Shown: positions 1-12,610 of the stretch, in pieces
Layout of the letters: the number at the start of each line of letters is the position of its first letter
How positions within the stretch are numbered: the first letter of the stretch is position 1
Assembly: GCA_046563655.1 (NCBI GenBank)
Contig: CM102286.1
Location: 2,852,001-2,916,000, forward strand
Reading direction: 5' to 3'
From: Yuukianura sp. NJ FZ-2021
Taxonomy: Eukaryota
DNA length: 64,000 bases
The notes under the pieces: model-generated
What the model was told of the DNA's origin: nothing
Seen by the model: only the letters and a program-made list of their open reading frames with translations
The model's database searches: none
Made by a program: the position numbers and the translations under genes

Positions 1-373
1 TTTGTAAACTCATAATTAACCCTGTTAGGCCCGCAGTCACGAGCCCATTAGTGTCACCTCCTTCAGCACAGAAGTGGAAGTTAGGCTATCAGTTTAGCTT
101 TGTTAGGTTAACCTGAGTACCATACAGATTAAGTTAGGTGTATAGAAAATGATAGGTTGGAATCAGAAACCATTAAGGCTTATAAAATAAATTTGACCTC
201 CAGCGTTTTCGTTGCCGCAGGCAATTTTGTTTCGCCTTCTTCCGATATCGTTTTACATTGGTTTTTACTACGGGGCTATTCGAGACTTCGGGAAAACTAA
301 CTTTTAGGTTAGGCGTGGGATTACTTTTGAGGAAAATGAAGTCAAAGGGCTTTGTTTCTAGCCTGGATCATAC

Positions 374-533
374 CTTTAATAAAGTCCAAGCTCTCCTGGA
401 GCCCGCGTGTGTCCGTGTCACAGTCATCTAGAATGTGGACTCCGAGTTCAATTCCAGGCAGGATTTGTCCATTTTCCTTTGCGTTGATGTAGTCTACTGT
501 GTACAGCATTGTTTCCAACGCCTGGATTCCGCC
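374..533 (-). CDS. mtt: mGluR/mangetout-like receptor, second coding exon (gene continues beyond the window start)
   Basis: Acceptor TTGCAG| at 534, encodes GGIQALETMLYTVDYIN...LPGIELGVHILDDCDTDTRGLQESLDFIK, donor G|GTATGA. In frame with exon 1; classic mGluR ligand-binding-domain sequence. Confidence 0.88.
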
Positions 534-3500
534 CTGCAATATATCGTAAAAGTTCAGACTCCCGAAACAGCAATTTGACACAGAAACAGAAAAAAAAAGT
601 TTTGCAAGGTCCCTTGACAACCGAACTGTATTTCCTACCACAGATTTTCCAATAACTCGGGGATTGCAAAAAAATTGCTTCAAATGACTGTTTTCCCCAG
701 TTTTCCCTTAATTCCAATTGCTTAAAATGAAAATAATTACTATAGGAAAAAAGTTTTTCAAATTTTTTTAACAAAATGAAACACATCGAAAAATTGGACA
801 ACCTGGTGTAGAAAAACTTTTTTTTTGTTTACGAACCTTGAAGTTTTGGAAGGGAAAAATGATAAACCGAATTAGTCTACAATGCTCTCCATTTCCTGCA
901 CCTTCCTAGGCTAAGATGGAAATCATAAATTCTGTCAAGATTTTTGAAATATACTACAAGTAAGTCTGCTTCTACGCGAGTTAATCGATTAATACCAGTG
1001 GTTGATTTATATCAGTTAACAATGAAATTGAGCGTAGAGGCAAAGGTTGTCTGTGGTTGAAGTGGAGGCGGGTGGCGGATCAATTTCATTCGGTTTGATG
1101 CGGCTGACACGACGTGAAATTGGGGCTGAGGGCCCTCAGCCCCTCAGCAGACGTGCCACAAACCAAACAGCACTGCAAGAATAATGTACGAAATAGACAG
1201 ACTGTGACGTTAGATGAAGCGTGGAACGGAATTTTGTTGACAGGATTCATTAACACTACGGACTTGGAAGTGTGAGTTCAGGTGTGTTTGTGTACAACTT
1301 CATTTTTCCATAGTTAGTGAATTTCAGAGTTCGAACCCCACAACTCATTTCAACAATTCAAAATTAAAAAAAAACACATTTCGAGGAAAAACAACTCCAA
1401 AAATGTATTTTTCAACGAAATGTATCTGACTTAATTTAGAAGCGTTTTCAGAAAAGCATTTCAACACTGCAGGCTTCGCAGTTTTGAAATTAAACAAAAA
1501 CAATTTGAGTAGCGTACTCCAGTGTTCAAAATGAAATTGACCTGGCGTACATAACTCTGCTCTTAAACAAATTGTTTTTTATCTTCAAACATTATACTTT
1601 GTTCAACGCGAACATTTATTGCACCACAACAACTTTTTTTATAAGATTTATTAGATTTAACCTTAAAAACAAAAGTAGATAAAGACTTCAACGTCAAAAG
1701 CATAACAGTTTAGTCCAAAAAGTTGGAATTGTCATCGGATATGGACATGAAGCACGAATTCAGCGGGGGTTTGCAGAACAAGATTTTACTACAAAATGGC
1801 AGCAAATCTTAGAAAAAAGGAGCAAGAAAACATAAATCTGCCTCCAAGTGGAGAATTATGTAGTTTTCTAGCTCTTTTATTTAGGTAATTACACATTCTG
1901 AACATGGAAGAGGGATGGAGACGTGGGGTAAGGCTTCAGCTAGCGTTGAAAGTTGCTGTTAAGACTTAAGGGCTGCAAAAGTGACTCATTCAAGAGCTTT
2001 TGGATTCTAAGCACAACAGTCGCAGTGCTGGAGCGTTTTGTGCCAGGCTAAAGAATTACGGCCCAACAATTTAATCTTGGTGGCGGTTACTTTGTAGGGT
2101 GAAATGAAAAGTCGTGGCGGAAATCAATTACTTTTTCTCACAAAATGTTCTTTTGGTGTCACCATTTTAATCTTTTAATGGCACACAAAACAATTTCAAA
2201 AAGTCTTCATTTCCCTAAAGGAAAGCTACTATTAAGATTTTTGGAAATTTTGAAAAAAAAAAAAAAAAACTTTCACCTTCGTTGTTTCCGTATCATTGTT
2301 CTGCTTTCACGTTAACAGCATTGACAAAAAATTAACTTTCACCAAGGGTAGGCTGGGTGAGCAATAGTTATAATTTATTCTTGTTTTGGACCGCATTTTT
2401 TGCATATATTTATGATATACTAGAACGTAGCTCTCTTGGCTTAAGCAACTTACTTTTGAATTTATTAAAATTTGAAGTTATGAGGAAAAAAATTATTTAA
2501 CGAGTTCTACTTTCAAGAAGGCGGTGTAGTTAAAATGCTCAAAATAATTAAAAAGGAAGTAATTGTTTTCTAATCATGAAGGTTTTATAATGTGATAGAA
2601 AGTTTCAAAAAACTTAATTTTTTTTAAACTTTTGTTTAAGTTCATAAGAACTTTAGACAAAAACTGACTTTTGATCGTTTCTGTTGCCGAATAGTTTTTA
2701 ATTAAGTTGTTTTGTTCATTTTTGTAAAGTTCGTACATGTAGGATTTGGAAAAAGAGTTTGAAACTAAAATCATTTTTTTCTTTTTAGGTACACTTTAAA
2801 TCAAATTTTCTTTCAACTTTGAAGCTTGTTTGTTCTAATTTGATTTACCAAAAGCCACGCTTTAAAACTTTTTTACTTTGTGTCTTTTTGTTCACTTTTT
2901 TTTTGATTTTCTGTTGTAAATTGTTGGACAGATTGAAAATCGCTGGATTTGATCTAATTTATGAACTTGACTCTACAGTAAAGAGGGTAATACGAACAAA
3001 ATGAAAATTGGATAGCAATAAGCGGAAAGTTGGTCAGAAGCCAAACCAGAAAAAAAAAGTGAAGTAGACCAAAAGGATTACGAGTTCAAGATGAGGATTG
3101 GATTTTTTAGAAGAAAAAGAATAAAAAAAATGAAATCGCGGAACCGGTAAAACGTTCAAGTTTAATTTTGGGTTGAAAATTGTAAAAAAAACAAAAACAA
3201 AAACAAAAGCCGAAAAATAAATACTTGAGGTACTGTTGCGTATAACAGTTCAAGTCCAAGTCTAAGAAAATCCAATTTCAAAATATGGCTTTCTACTTTA
3301 TTAGAAACAAGGAGAAAGTTATATTTTTGAAAAACAAAAAAATAAAAGTAAATGTCTCTAGAGAAATATGTGAAACGGAGGGAAAAAAGGAAAAAGTAAA
3401 TAAAATTCATTCATTTTTCTCACTTATGTTTTCTAGCCTAACGAGAAAGTCTGAGAAAGTGAGTTTACTTTTTTCCTCTGTAAATAATTTCAGCACATGG

Positions 3501-4099
3501 ATTAAGTTCTTGAGGAGATTATAATCACAACTTCTTGTTTTCCTGTAATCAAAACTAGAGGCACACACACGGATTCAGTTTCTACTAAAATGAAATACGT
3601 GTTAGCATTTTTTTTGTAAGTCTGTAGGGCTTTAAGATTTCCAAAATCTAGTTTTCTCACTTCTTTTTTTAAGGCCTAAAAAAGTTTTACAGGAAATGTT
3701 GAACAGAGTTCAAAGTCTCTCTTTTTGTTGCCATTTCCTGTTCAATCCAGTTCGAAAAGTTTCTTTCCTTAAGGGCCGGCTGGACAAACAAATCCTACTC
3801 AAATTGAAACTGAAACGAAAACTTTGAAGTGGGAATGCGTGCTTTAGAACCATAATAAAAGTGTTTCAATAGTGTGAAACTTTACACGCGCTTTTACTTT
3901 CATTCTTTGATCCAAAGAAAAAGTTTCAAAACCAAACATATAAAAATGTGAAATGATAGGCTGAAGCGGTGAGATAATTTTGAATCAAGAGTTTGTTCAT
4001 GATTTGCGGTTCATTGGTTCAGGCTTTTTGAAATTTGAAACAATTTTCTCTTATCAAGTTCGATAAAGCTTGAAATTTCAAAATTTGAAGTTTTCGAAC

Positions 4100-4966
4100 C
4101 TGCGGCATAATTGGTCCACACGTAACAGAGTCTGGCCCTCGTTCATGTACCATCATCAGTCCACCTATGATTATGTCACCGTCGATTTCTGACACTTTTT
4201 TGGAAGGACGCGGAGCACTTACACCTTCCAGAAGTAACAACGATGGTGATTGACCTTGAGCCACCAAAGTTCGATTTTCGGGAAAATTTGACTTATTTTC
4301 AAATTTTGGATGTTCAAATTTTGAGTCTTCTATAAAATGTGGCTCTACATTTTCACTAAAATTTTGAGTTGAATTTGTCCCTACTAAACTCTTAAGTGAC
4401 GATCGTCTTTGTCTTGCTCTAAGGCCTTTTAAATTTTCAATCAACTGAGAAATTGTTAAATTTTGTAAACCCCCAGGATAACTGTAGTCATGAAACAAAA
4501 TCTGGTCAGCATGGTCCCAGTCACTTTGAAATTTCCCACCTCGTCGTTCACTGCTATAGTACCTATTTAAAACACGCGCCGTGTGCCTAATCAGTTGGTT
4601 TCTACGGAAGGTCAAGTTGGGGTCACCAGGGCCCTTCAAGGGGTCAACTGAATCTGTCAGTTGGTTACTAAATGGAAGTCGAGAGAACAGTTTGTGTCGA
4701 ATGGCATTGACATGAATCTGGTCCTCAGCGTTCAATGGTCCAAGCAGCAAGTGACTCCGACGTCGTTCATGTCTCAGGGCCGTCGCAGGACCATTTTCAA
4801 ACTTTTTCAACTGATAATTTTTAATTGGCCAATCAGGAGTAGTGTCAATCCCCTTCAACTTCAAATCCTGCTGTTGCGATGACTTTTTGCCGCCATTTCC
4901 AAAACTCCCAGTTAGCACAATCAGAAGAACCAAAACCGCTCGGGAATCTGACATTCCCCGCTTCAT
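4100..4966 (-). CDS. mtt: Class C GPCR (metabotropic glutamate receptor-like, mangetout/mXR type), first coding exon
   Basis: ATG at 4966, hydrophobic signal (AVLVLLIVLTGSFG), long N-terminal extension, then the Venus-flytrap start DGDIIIGGLMMVHERGPDSVTCGPIMPQ, ending at donor CAG|GT (4100/4099). This GGLMMVH...TCGPIMPQ motif is recalled as typical of insect mangetout. Confidence 0.8.
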
Positions 4967-6009
4967 TTTGCCCTCCAAGCAATTTGTTCTGTTTGACACA
5001 TTTGTCACAACACTTTCACTTTTTAACTTTTTTCTCACTTTTTGTAAAAATTTCTTTCACTTTACAGTTCAATTGAATGCTAAAAAGTTCATAGGTAAAA
5101 TAAGAAAAAACAACTTTTATTTGAGATGAATCAGCTTGCTCCGTAGATGGAGGAGCCAATCAGACGCAAACGCGGGAAAATTTAAAAGTTACATTTTTAA
5201 GTTGCATTTGTTGTAAATTCTTTTCCCTTACTGTCTTTAGTTCTCTTTTTTAATCTGAAGGAAGAGTGAAACACTAGAACTCTTCCCTTTCCAAAGTGTG
5301 TGAACTGAATGAAGTGGAATGGAGAAAGCGAACTTTCTCTGCCCAAACTGCGCCTTTCCCCGTCTTACTTTGTAAAGTAGAATTTCAGAGGTAGGTTTTC
5401 GACAACAGTAGGCTAACCTTAGCCTACTGAGCATAACCTAATACACCTTATTTATTCTTACAGTGATCAATTCCAGTTAAGTCAAAGGTTGACACCTTCA
5501 AGCTAAGAAAGTTTGAAGTTACTTGGGCGTGAAACTTTATTTATTTAGGTAGAACAAGAAGGAGCACTTTAGCTGTGCAGTAAATTAGAGGCTTTCCTTT
5601 CTTCTTCTTTTGAGTGAAAGTCGATTTTCAAATTTTCCGCGAAGTAGATTTAAGCCTTTCATTCACTTTGGAGGAAAGACTTCGCGGGAAGTTTAAGGAG
5701 ATGGAGGATTTGTGGTAAAATAGGAAGGAATTGAATAATGTGATTAATCAACGCTATACGTCTTTTGGACGATGCTTTTAAGGCTGTTCTTTGTTAAGCG
5801 CATAGAATTTTTTAGGTTAGAAGTTCCGCCATTTTTCTTATAAAACGACTCATGCGTCAGTTAATCTAGAAATTTACATAATCTTGTTGCATTTTTGAAA
5901 ATGAGTGCATATAATCTATAGGACAAAACTGACTCTGACCACGGAAGTAGTTAATTAAGATGATTTTTTTTTCGTTTTACGAGGCATTGAAGTCCATTTT
6001 TTTGCCTTT

Positions 6010-6055
6010 AAGCAAATTTCTCGATTTCTCGATCTCGAAATCGAGAAATTTGCTT
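6010..6055. repeat. Perfect inverted repeat (19-bp arms, 8-bp spacer)
   Basis: AAGCAAATTTCTCGATTTC-tcgatctc-GAAATCGAGAAATTTGCTT read directly. Confidence 0.8.
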
Positions 6056-7069
6056 CTTGCGAAATTTTTTCTTCTAAAGCAAGCCTAATATAAGAAATCA
6101 TAATTTCTAAGTCCGAAAAAATATAATTGGCAAATAGCAATTACAGAATCTGTAATTGTAGTTAACGATAAGTAAAGTGACCTTGGACCTAATAAGCACT
6201 GTACAGTATTTTTGTCATATGCCGTTTTCCTTCTAATATGGATTGTGTAGTAGTACACTTCAAGTATGGACAGCGCGTGCCCTCTGCACCGCTACAATTT
6301 CAACCCTGTCCTAAAAATACAGTGATTCGCAATTAATTTAATTAAAGTGGTTAAATTAACATCGTTAATTATTATAGTTAGATTAATTAGTTATTTTTTT
6401 TAAATGAAGAAAACTTTAGGTTTGCAGTTTGCGCAGATTACTGCGTGCCGTTTCCAATCCAAATTACACGAAACAGTAGAATTGAAAAAGAAAACCAACA
6501 CGTACATTCCACTAACACTATCGTCAGTTTTTACAAATATTCCAATTTATGAAAGCTAATTTTTTTGATGACTTTCACCTGCACTTTGGAAAGTGTAATA
6601 AAAATTTACGTTTTCAAGCGACTGTAAAAAGAAATTGAAGGTTTACCGTGTTCAAGGTTATTCTGTCATTCAAAATTTACTGGCAACCCTCATTCATAAA
6701 CACGAAACTAGACCAATTTTCATATTTTTTACATTCACAAATAGGAAATGCCGTGCATTTAGATTGTCGACTAAACACAAATCGATTAATTTGAACTACA
6801 TAGGAACTTATTACCACCTCCACTTATTTTTTTTTCAAAACGTAACGTTTAAACATAACTTCTACAACACTCACCTCCTCTACTATCAATCACATTTTAA
6901 TAATTTAGTTTTCAGCTACGCTTCAAAAATTGGCAGCAAAACCGGCAAAAATTTGCAGTTCTGGCAAAATCCTATTTTAGCACGTTGGCGCCCTGCAGTC
7001 TAGCGTTGAAAAGGAAATTGATCCCCGTGCATCCAAAACATACTCAATAGAAGTTGAATAGCTCTATTT

Positions 7070-8107
7070 TGTTACGAACCCAACCCGGTGGCTCCACTCT
7101 AACGGCTCCACCAGGTGGGTTCGTTCCCACTCTAAAGGTAGGTGGGACAGAACTACGCTTTGACATCGAAACAAAACTAACTAACTAACTAACTCTAGGG
7201 GTATCACCCGTAGGCGTCCCTCCTAGAATCGGTGTGACCCAGCAAAGGTCATAGTGGGGTCACTCGGATGAGGTAAGTGGCTACAGCCACTTCATCCACC
7301 AATGGTCATGGTGGGGCCAGGGAGGGCTTGACACCACCACCGCTAAGTTACGGTGGCTGGCCTGGTGTCTTGTAGGTGGGAAACCTAACCTAACCTGGTT
7401 GGTCGCACATTGAATTGGCTAAGAGCCGAAGAGAGAAAGAGATAGATGGAAAGAGAGAGAGAAAGAGATAGTGAAAGGAGGAGAAAGGGAATGGCTACTT
7501 ACCTGAGGCCTTGGCTGAGATGAACACGATCGGACGGTCGTGTGGAGTCCCTTGGTTCCTCCAGGAACGTCCGTAGTTGCTTACTCCAATCCTTCTACCC
7601 TCTATCTCCAGCTAAACCTGTTCTCCGACAACTAAGGCTTAGAGAGTTCGATGGAAATAATTTGATAGTCAAATTAGCTGGAACAGTGGTCACTGTGAAA
7701 TAGTCTGTGGTTTAATCTCTACTTAAACTGTCGACATGCTTTGTCGGGACACAAGCCAGAAATCCGTAGGAAGCCAAATCGGAGACTGACCCGGAGGAAA
7801 AGGACGCGAGTCCTTTTGTTCAGCTCTGAAGTGAGGGCCCTTGGTGACAAGAGCCACCCTCACTTCAGGCAAGCCTTTGTCTTAGCTTGTTGCTAAGTGT
7901 GAGTTTGGGTTGGAAAGCCAGGGCTAATTCTAATTAGCCGTGACCCTCTCGTCCTCCTTCCAGAATCTTCCTTTCCTTCTGCCGAAGGAACGGAGGATTC
8001 TGGGAAAGTGAATGACCGCACGTGGGACTGGCCATTTGCTCAGCCGTGACCTGGTGGGGCTGGCCACCTCCGTCGGGTCACGGTGGAGACATAGTGCTAC
8101 AGCATAG
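7070..8107 (-). repeat. Additional variant LTR copy in tandem with the 3' LTR
   Basis: Near-identical to the other LTRs, but differs around 7948-7955 (ccctctcgtcctcc vs ccctccggttcccc) and ends ...catagtgctacagcatag instead of ...catagtgttacagccgtaaca. Confidence 0.92.
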
Positions 8108-9148
8108 TGTTACGAACCCAACCCGGTGGCTCCACTCTAACGGCTCCACCAGGTGGGTTCGTTCCCACTCTAAAGGTAGGTGGGACAGAACTACGCTTTG
8201 ACATCGAAACAAAACTAACTAACTAACTAACTCTAGGGGTATCACCCGTAGGCGTCCCTCCTAGAATCGGTGTGACCCAGCAAAGGTCATAGTGGGGTCA
8301 CTCGGATGAGGTAAGTGGCTACAGCCACTTCATCCACCAATGGTCATGGTGGGGCCAGGGAGGGCTTGACACCACCACCGCTAAGTTACGGTGGCTGGCC
8401 TGGTGTCTTGTAGGTGGGAAACCTAACCTAACCTGGTTGGTCGCACATTGAATTGGCTAAGAGCCGAAGAGAGAAAGAGATAGATGGAAAGAGAGAGAGA
8501 AAGAGATAGTGAAAGGAGGAGAAAGGGAATGGCTACTTACCTGAGGCCTTGGCTGAGATGAACACGATCGGACGGTCGTGTGGAGTCCCTTGGTTCCTCC
8601 AGGAACGTCCGTAGTTGCTTACTCCAATCCTTCTACCCTCTATCTCCAGCTAAACCTGTTCTCCGACAACTAAGGCTTAGAGAGTTCGATGGAAATAATT
8701 TGATAGTCAAATTAGCTGGAACAGTGGTCACTGTGAAATAGTCTGTGGTTTAATCTCTACTTAAACTGTCGACATGCTTTGTCGGGACACAAGCCAGAAA
8801 TCCGTAGGAAGCCAAATCGGAGACTGACCCGGAGGAAAAGGACGCGAGTCCTTTTGTTCAGCTCTGAAGTGAGGGCCCTTGGTGACAAGAGCCACCCTCA
8901 CTTCAGGCAAGCCTTTGTCTTAGCTTGTTGCTAAGTGTGAGTTTGGGTTGGAAAGCCAGGGCTAATTCTAATTAGCCGTGACCCTCCGGTTCCCCTTCCA
9001 GAATCTTCCTTTCCTTCTGCCGAAGGAACGGAGGATTCTGGGAAAGTGAATGACCGCACGTGGGACTGGCCATTTGCTCAGCCGTGACCTGGTGGGGCTG
9101 GCCACCTCCGTCGGGTCACGGTGGAGACATAGTGTTACAGCCGTAACA
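8108..9148 (-). repeat. 3' LTR (1041 bp)
   Basis: Same sequence as the 5' LTR; preceded on the minus strand by a polypurine tract. Confidence 0.95.
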
Positions 9149-9161
9149 CCACCTCTCCTCC
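9149..9161 (-). promoter_or_regulatory. Polypurine tract
   Basis: Minus strand GGAGGAGAGGTGG immediately before the 3' LTR TG; preceded by a hairpin AGCTGAT-GGGAC-ATCAGCT. Confidence 0.8.
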
Positions 9162-10697
9162 AGAAAGCTGATGTCCCATCAGCTTCTGATAGATTCCGGG
9201 TTACATAATTACCGGTGTGAGTTTCTGGCTTGGTTTACATTGGGACAAGTTGTACAATTTGTAACTTAAATGAAAGATTTTTCATTTTTCAAACAGTTTA
9301 AACTCATTATTGGGTTCTAATATTAGTAATGTAAACTTTAGAACTTCCGGAGGGCTTAACTAACATTCTCCTCATACGGAATTTTTTTCTTAGTCAAATT
9401 TAAAATTTAAAGTAATTTAAGTCAACCTAAAAGCATTCGCTATAATTATTTTGGAATACGTGGGAATTACCAAAGCAATGAATATTAATAGCCAATGGCG
9501 GCAACGGATGTTGTGGCATAGGAGTCAGTGGTTAGGATATTTGTATATCGGGGTATCTGGTAGACGCTTCTGATGGTACCACTATCGTATTTCTTTTACC
9601 GATTTACTTCCAATAGAGAGAAATTACTTAGCTTACGTAACTTACACACTTGACATTAGTTTTTTTTTTTTTTTTTTTTTCAGCTTATAAGCCTTCTCTA
9701 AGTTTAGGACCTTAAATGATTTACATGGCAATAATAGTTGTGGTGTACTTGGTCAAACATATATCAATAGCTATGACATACGTCCTATGTAACTTGTCAA
9801 TTACATACGAACTAGTTAGATGATATCGTAAAATACTTATTCAATTTATAACTAGATAAATTGTCATAGAAGGATAGAAGGCAGTTCATGCTCGCAACAA
9901 GTTAGTTGAAAAGTTAGTAGTTAAAAGTTGGCAGCTAGTTAGGAATAGAGATATAGCTGATGATTCTAGTTTACATAACGTATATAACTTATATAGTTGT
10001 CATGATTTACATAGCGTACCTAACTTAGATTAGTTATGATACAATGGGGTTGTTTTCGTTTGTGTCAAATTTTGCACAAAATGATACGAGTTGTAAATTA
10101 TGCAATATTACATGGATAATTCAGCATAGAGAGATAGACAGAGACAGAGAGGCAGAGAGAAGTATTTCGGAATTTACACGAGGATAGAGCTAAAATACAT
10201 ACTATAATTTGTACAGACCCTTCGACCCGGTCACATGGATATGCGAGGACGCAGTGATCCTGCTGGTGAGTATATAGAATATCAAATGCGTTTCTAATTA
10301 CAAGTGTATTAGGATTGTAAATCTCATAAGTAAAGTTATATCTTGGGGCGTACTCTATGTTTTATACGCTACTTACTGTTTTAGTGTTTTTGTGTTAGTG
10401 TAATTTGTATATACAGTTAATACTTCCATGTAATCTAGTTGATTCATACCGATTTACGGCGTCTGATTTGGAATCATAAACATATATATGTACAGTTATG
10501 TAAAGTTACAGCGAAGTATGGTGCTACATATTTATAGCTATTTGATCCATCAGCCAAAATTTTAAGTAGTACAGCGTATTAGTACCATCAGAATAGGGCA
10601 AATGAACAAAAGAATTACGACAGGACAGTGTTCGTATTTGTATTCATGAGGTTTTGGAACCGGGAGTGGGCAGTGGGAGAGTGAGGAGACTCATCAT

Positions 10698-10902
10698 CAG
10701 ACATGTCAAAAATATTTACTAAAAACTAGCAAAATATTTAATTAAATACAATATTTACTGAAAACGCTGGAAATATTTGCGAACTTAACATGAAGTAAAC
10801 GTTAAGTACATTAAGTAAGTGAATATTTAGGAACGGAAAAGCCCGAAATATTGATTTTGTGAACATTACAGGTATGGGAACTAAATATTTTTGCCATGTC
10901 TG
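10698..10902 (-). mobile_element. hAT-type MITE nested in the LTR element
   Basis: TIRs CAGACATG(T/G)CAAAAATATTT; perfect 8-bp TSD CTCATCAT (10690-10697, 10903-10910); homologous copies at 44941 and 47292 in the opposite orientation. Confidence 0.85.
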
Positions 10903-11074
10903 CTCATCATTGTTCTGGATTACCCACGAGTAAAACATTATTGGGTATGGAGTAATCGTCTCAATTCTACGTAACTCGCTTCCCGTATTTTTCTTTAACC
11001 TAAAATAAGAGCATAAAGCTAAATTACGACATGTAATTCAAGAACATGAAGATCTTAACCTATGAAATTGGAAA

Positions 11075-12610
11075 TTAACATATGTCGTGAGGATGACCGA
11101 AGAGAATAGTTGGTTGGTGGTCATTGGAGTCATCATTTCGGGGGTAGTCTTGAAGTAACTTTTCGTAGCCATCAGTGAGGAATGGTGCTCCGCTCGATGG
11201 TAGTCGTTCTGAGAAGAGGCCGATGGGCGACGGCATTCGGGGTATTTCGACTGTGTCGGCTGAGGTGGACTGGGTAGGTTCGGTTTGGGTTGCCGGGGAA
11301 GCAGTGTCTTCGGGCGTCGGAGAATCGGTCTGTGGCATCTCGGGTATCTCTTGTTGTCCCCACTGGGTGTCCTTCAGAATTCTTTCGGTTACCAGAGCAA
11401 TAGGAGTCGACTGCATTCTGTATTGTCCATGGGTTTCCAGTGACCTTTCGTCTTTAGGCTTCACCCGCAAGTTCTCCTTTGTTGGATGACCATGGTAGTC
11501 ATAGGCATATCCTCGGGCTGAGCATCCGGGCATGTTGGTGTCTCCTGGGGTCGTCACTACCTTTGGCTGAGGGGCTGGAGGCGGCACGTCATATCCCTCA
11601 TGGCTCGGAGGATTCCAAGTTTTAGGCGGAGTTCGGCTTTTCGAAGCGTGGTGAACATCTAGGTTGAATGTCGGTTGGAACTTGTCAACTTCGGCTGCTC
11701 TGAATACATACTCTCTGTCTGCAACGTCCATGTCAGTGTTTCCAGCTGACTCAGCAAGCTCCAAAAGATTACGAAGTTGGGACATCGTTTGTGGTGAATG
11801 GAGACTGATCTGTCTTTTGATACCAGGGTGGAGGCCCCGCAGTGTATATTTGACCCGTAGGGTGTCACTCATCTCTGGGTCTACTCGGTCAGCTATATTC
11901 TGCATGTGGACGAAGTAACCCAAGGAAGTTTCTCCTTGTCTTTGTTCCCTTGACCAGAGTAGCCACTCATTGTCCTGGGCAGAGGGTGAGCTTGTGCCGT
12001 GTTTCTTGAACTGTGTCGCAAGTTCTTCCCAAGTCCATTGACCTTTGCCTTGTCGCTGGCGTTCATTGGAAGCGGCACTGTACCAACGGCTAGCAAAGCC
12101 AGACAAATATAATGGGAAGACAATGAGCTTATGGTGCTCATCCCATCCGTTACAGACGCTGATGTGATCGAAGCTTTCCAAATAAGCTTTTGGATCTGAG
12201 CCACGTCGCCCGGTAAATTGTTGTGGATGAATTGGGATTCTAACCGGTGGCAAATCAACGTTCATCGGAAAAGGATCATTGTCGCTTCCGTTTCCCGACG
12301 AATGTAAATAATCGTCATCTTCATCCTGTGGCTGGGGTTTCTGCGCCTGGCTCACAGTATGTTCTGTGGTCGTGTTAGATTTGGGCAGAAAGATTAGGCC
12401 AGAATTTCTGGAACCACTAGCGAGGGCCGGTCGGCTGTTTCTTGTGGCAAGAGTCGGTGTAACGGATGTTTGAGAGGGTTTTGATGGTTGAACCTCAAGA
12501 GTTCCATCGCCACTCCCTTCAGTTTCGTTTGAAGACGATTCTTCAGACTCAGTATAGTGTTGTCCGCTTTTTGCAAAAGCAGCGTTACGCTGTTGTGTTA
12601 GCTTATCCAT
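11075..12610 (-). CDS. gag: Retrotransposon Gag (capsid domain, Ty3/Gypsy type)
   Basis: Uninterrupted ORF of about 510 aa from ATG 12610; capsid motif FTGRRGSDPKAYLESFD...NGWD...LYLSGFASRWY...TWEELATQF...REQRQGET...LRGL; no CCHC knuckle. Confidence 0.9.
   Translation of the reverse strand: MDKLTQQRNAAFAKSGQHYTESEESSSNETEGSGDGTLEVQPSKPSQTSVTPTLATRNSRPALASGSRNSGLIFLPKSNTTTEHTVSQAQKPQPQDEDDDYLHSSGNGSDNDPFPMNVDLPPVRIPIHPQQFTGRRGSDPKAYLESFDHISVCNGWDEHHKLIVFPLYLSGFASRWYSAASNERQRQGKGQWTWEELATQFKKHGTSSPSAQDNEWLLWSREQRQGETSLGYFVHMQNIADRVDPEMSDTLRVKYTLRGLHPGIKRQISLHSPQTMSQLRNLLELAESAGNTDMDVADREYVFRAAEVDKFQPTFNLDVHHASKSRTPPKTWNPPSHEGYDVPPPAPQPKVVTTPGDTNMPGCSARGYAYDYHGHPTKENLRVKPKDERSLETHGQYRMQSTPIALVTERILKDTQWGQQEIPEMPQTDSPTPEDTASPATQTEPTQSTSADTVEIPRMPSPIGLFSERLPSSGAPFLTDGYEKLLQDYPRNDDSNDHQPTILFGHPHDIC

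Noticed and set aside
1..300. Possible further GPCR exons
   Set aside because: Open frames exist, but I see no similarity to the expected next mGluR segment.
7383..7395. TTAGG/CCTAA telomere-like motifs (also ~26578 and ~58310)
   Set aside because: Only 2-3 units each; too short to call telomeric arrays.
10620..10705. Hammerhead-like CTGATGA on the minus strand
   Set aside because: Created by the MITE end plus its TSD; no correctly placed GAAA or stems.
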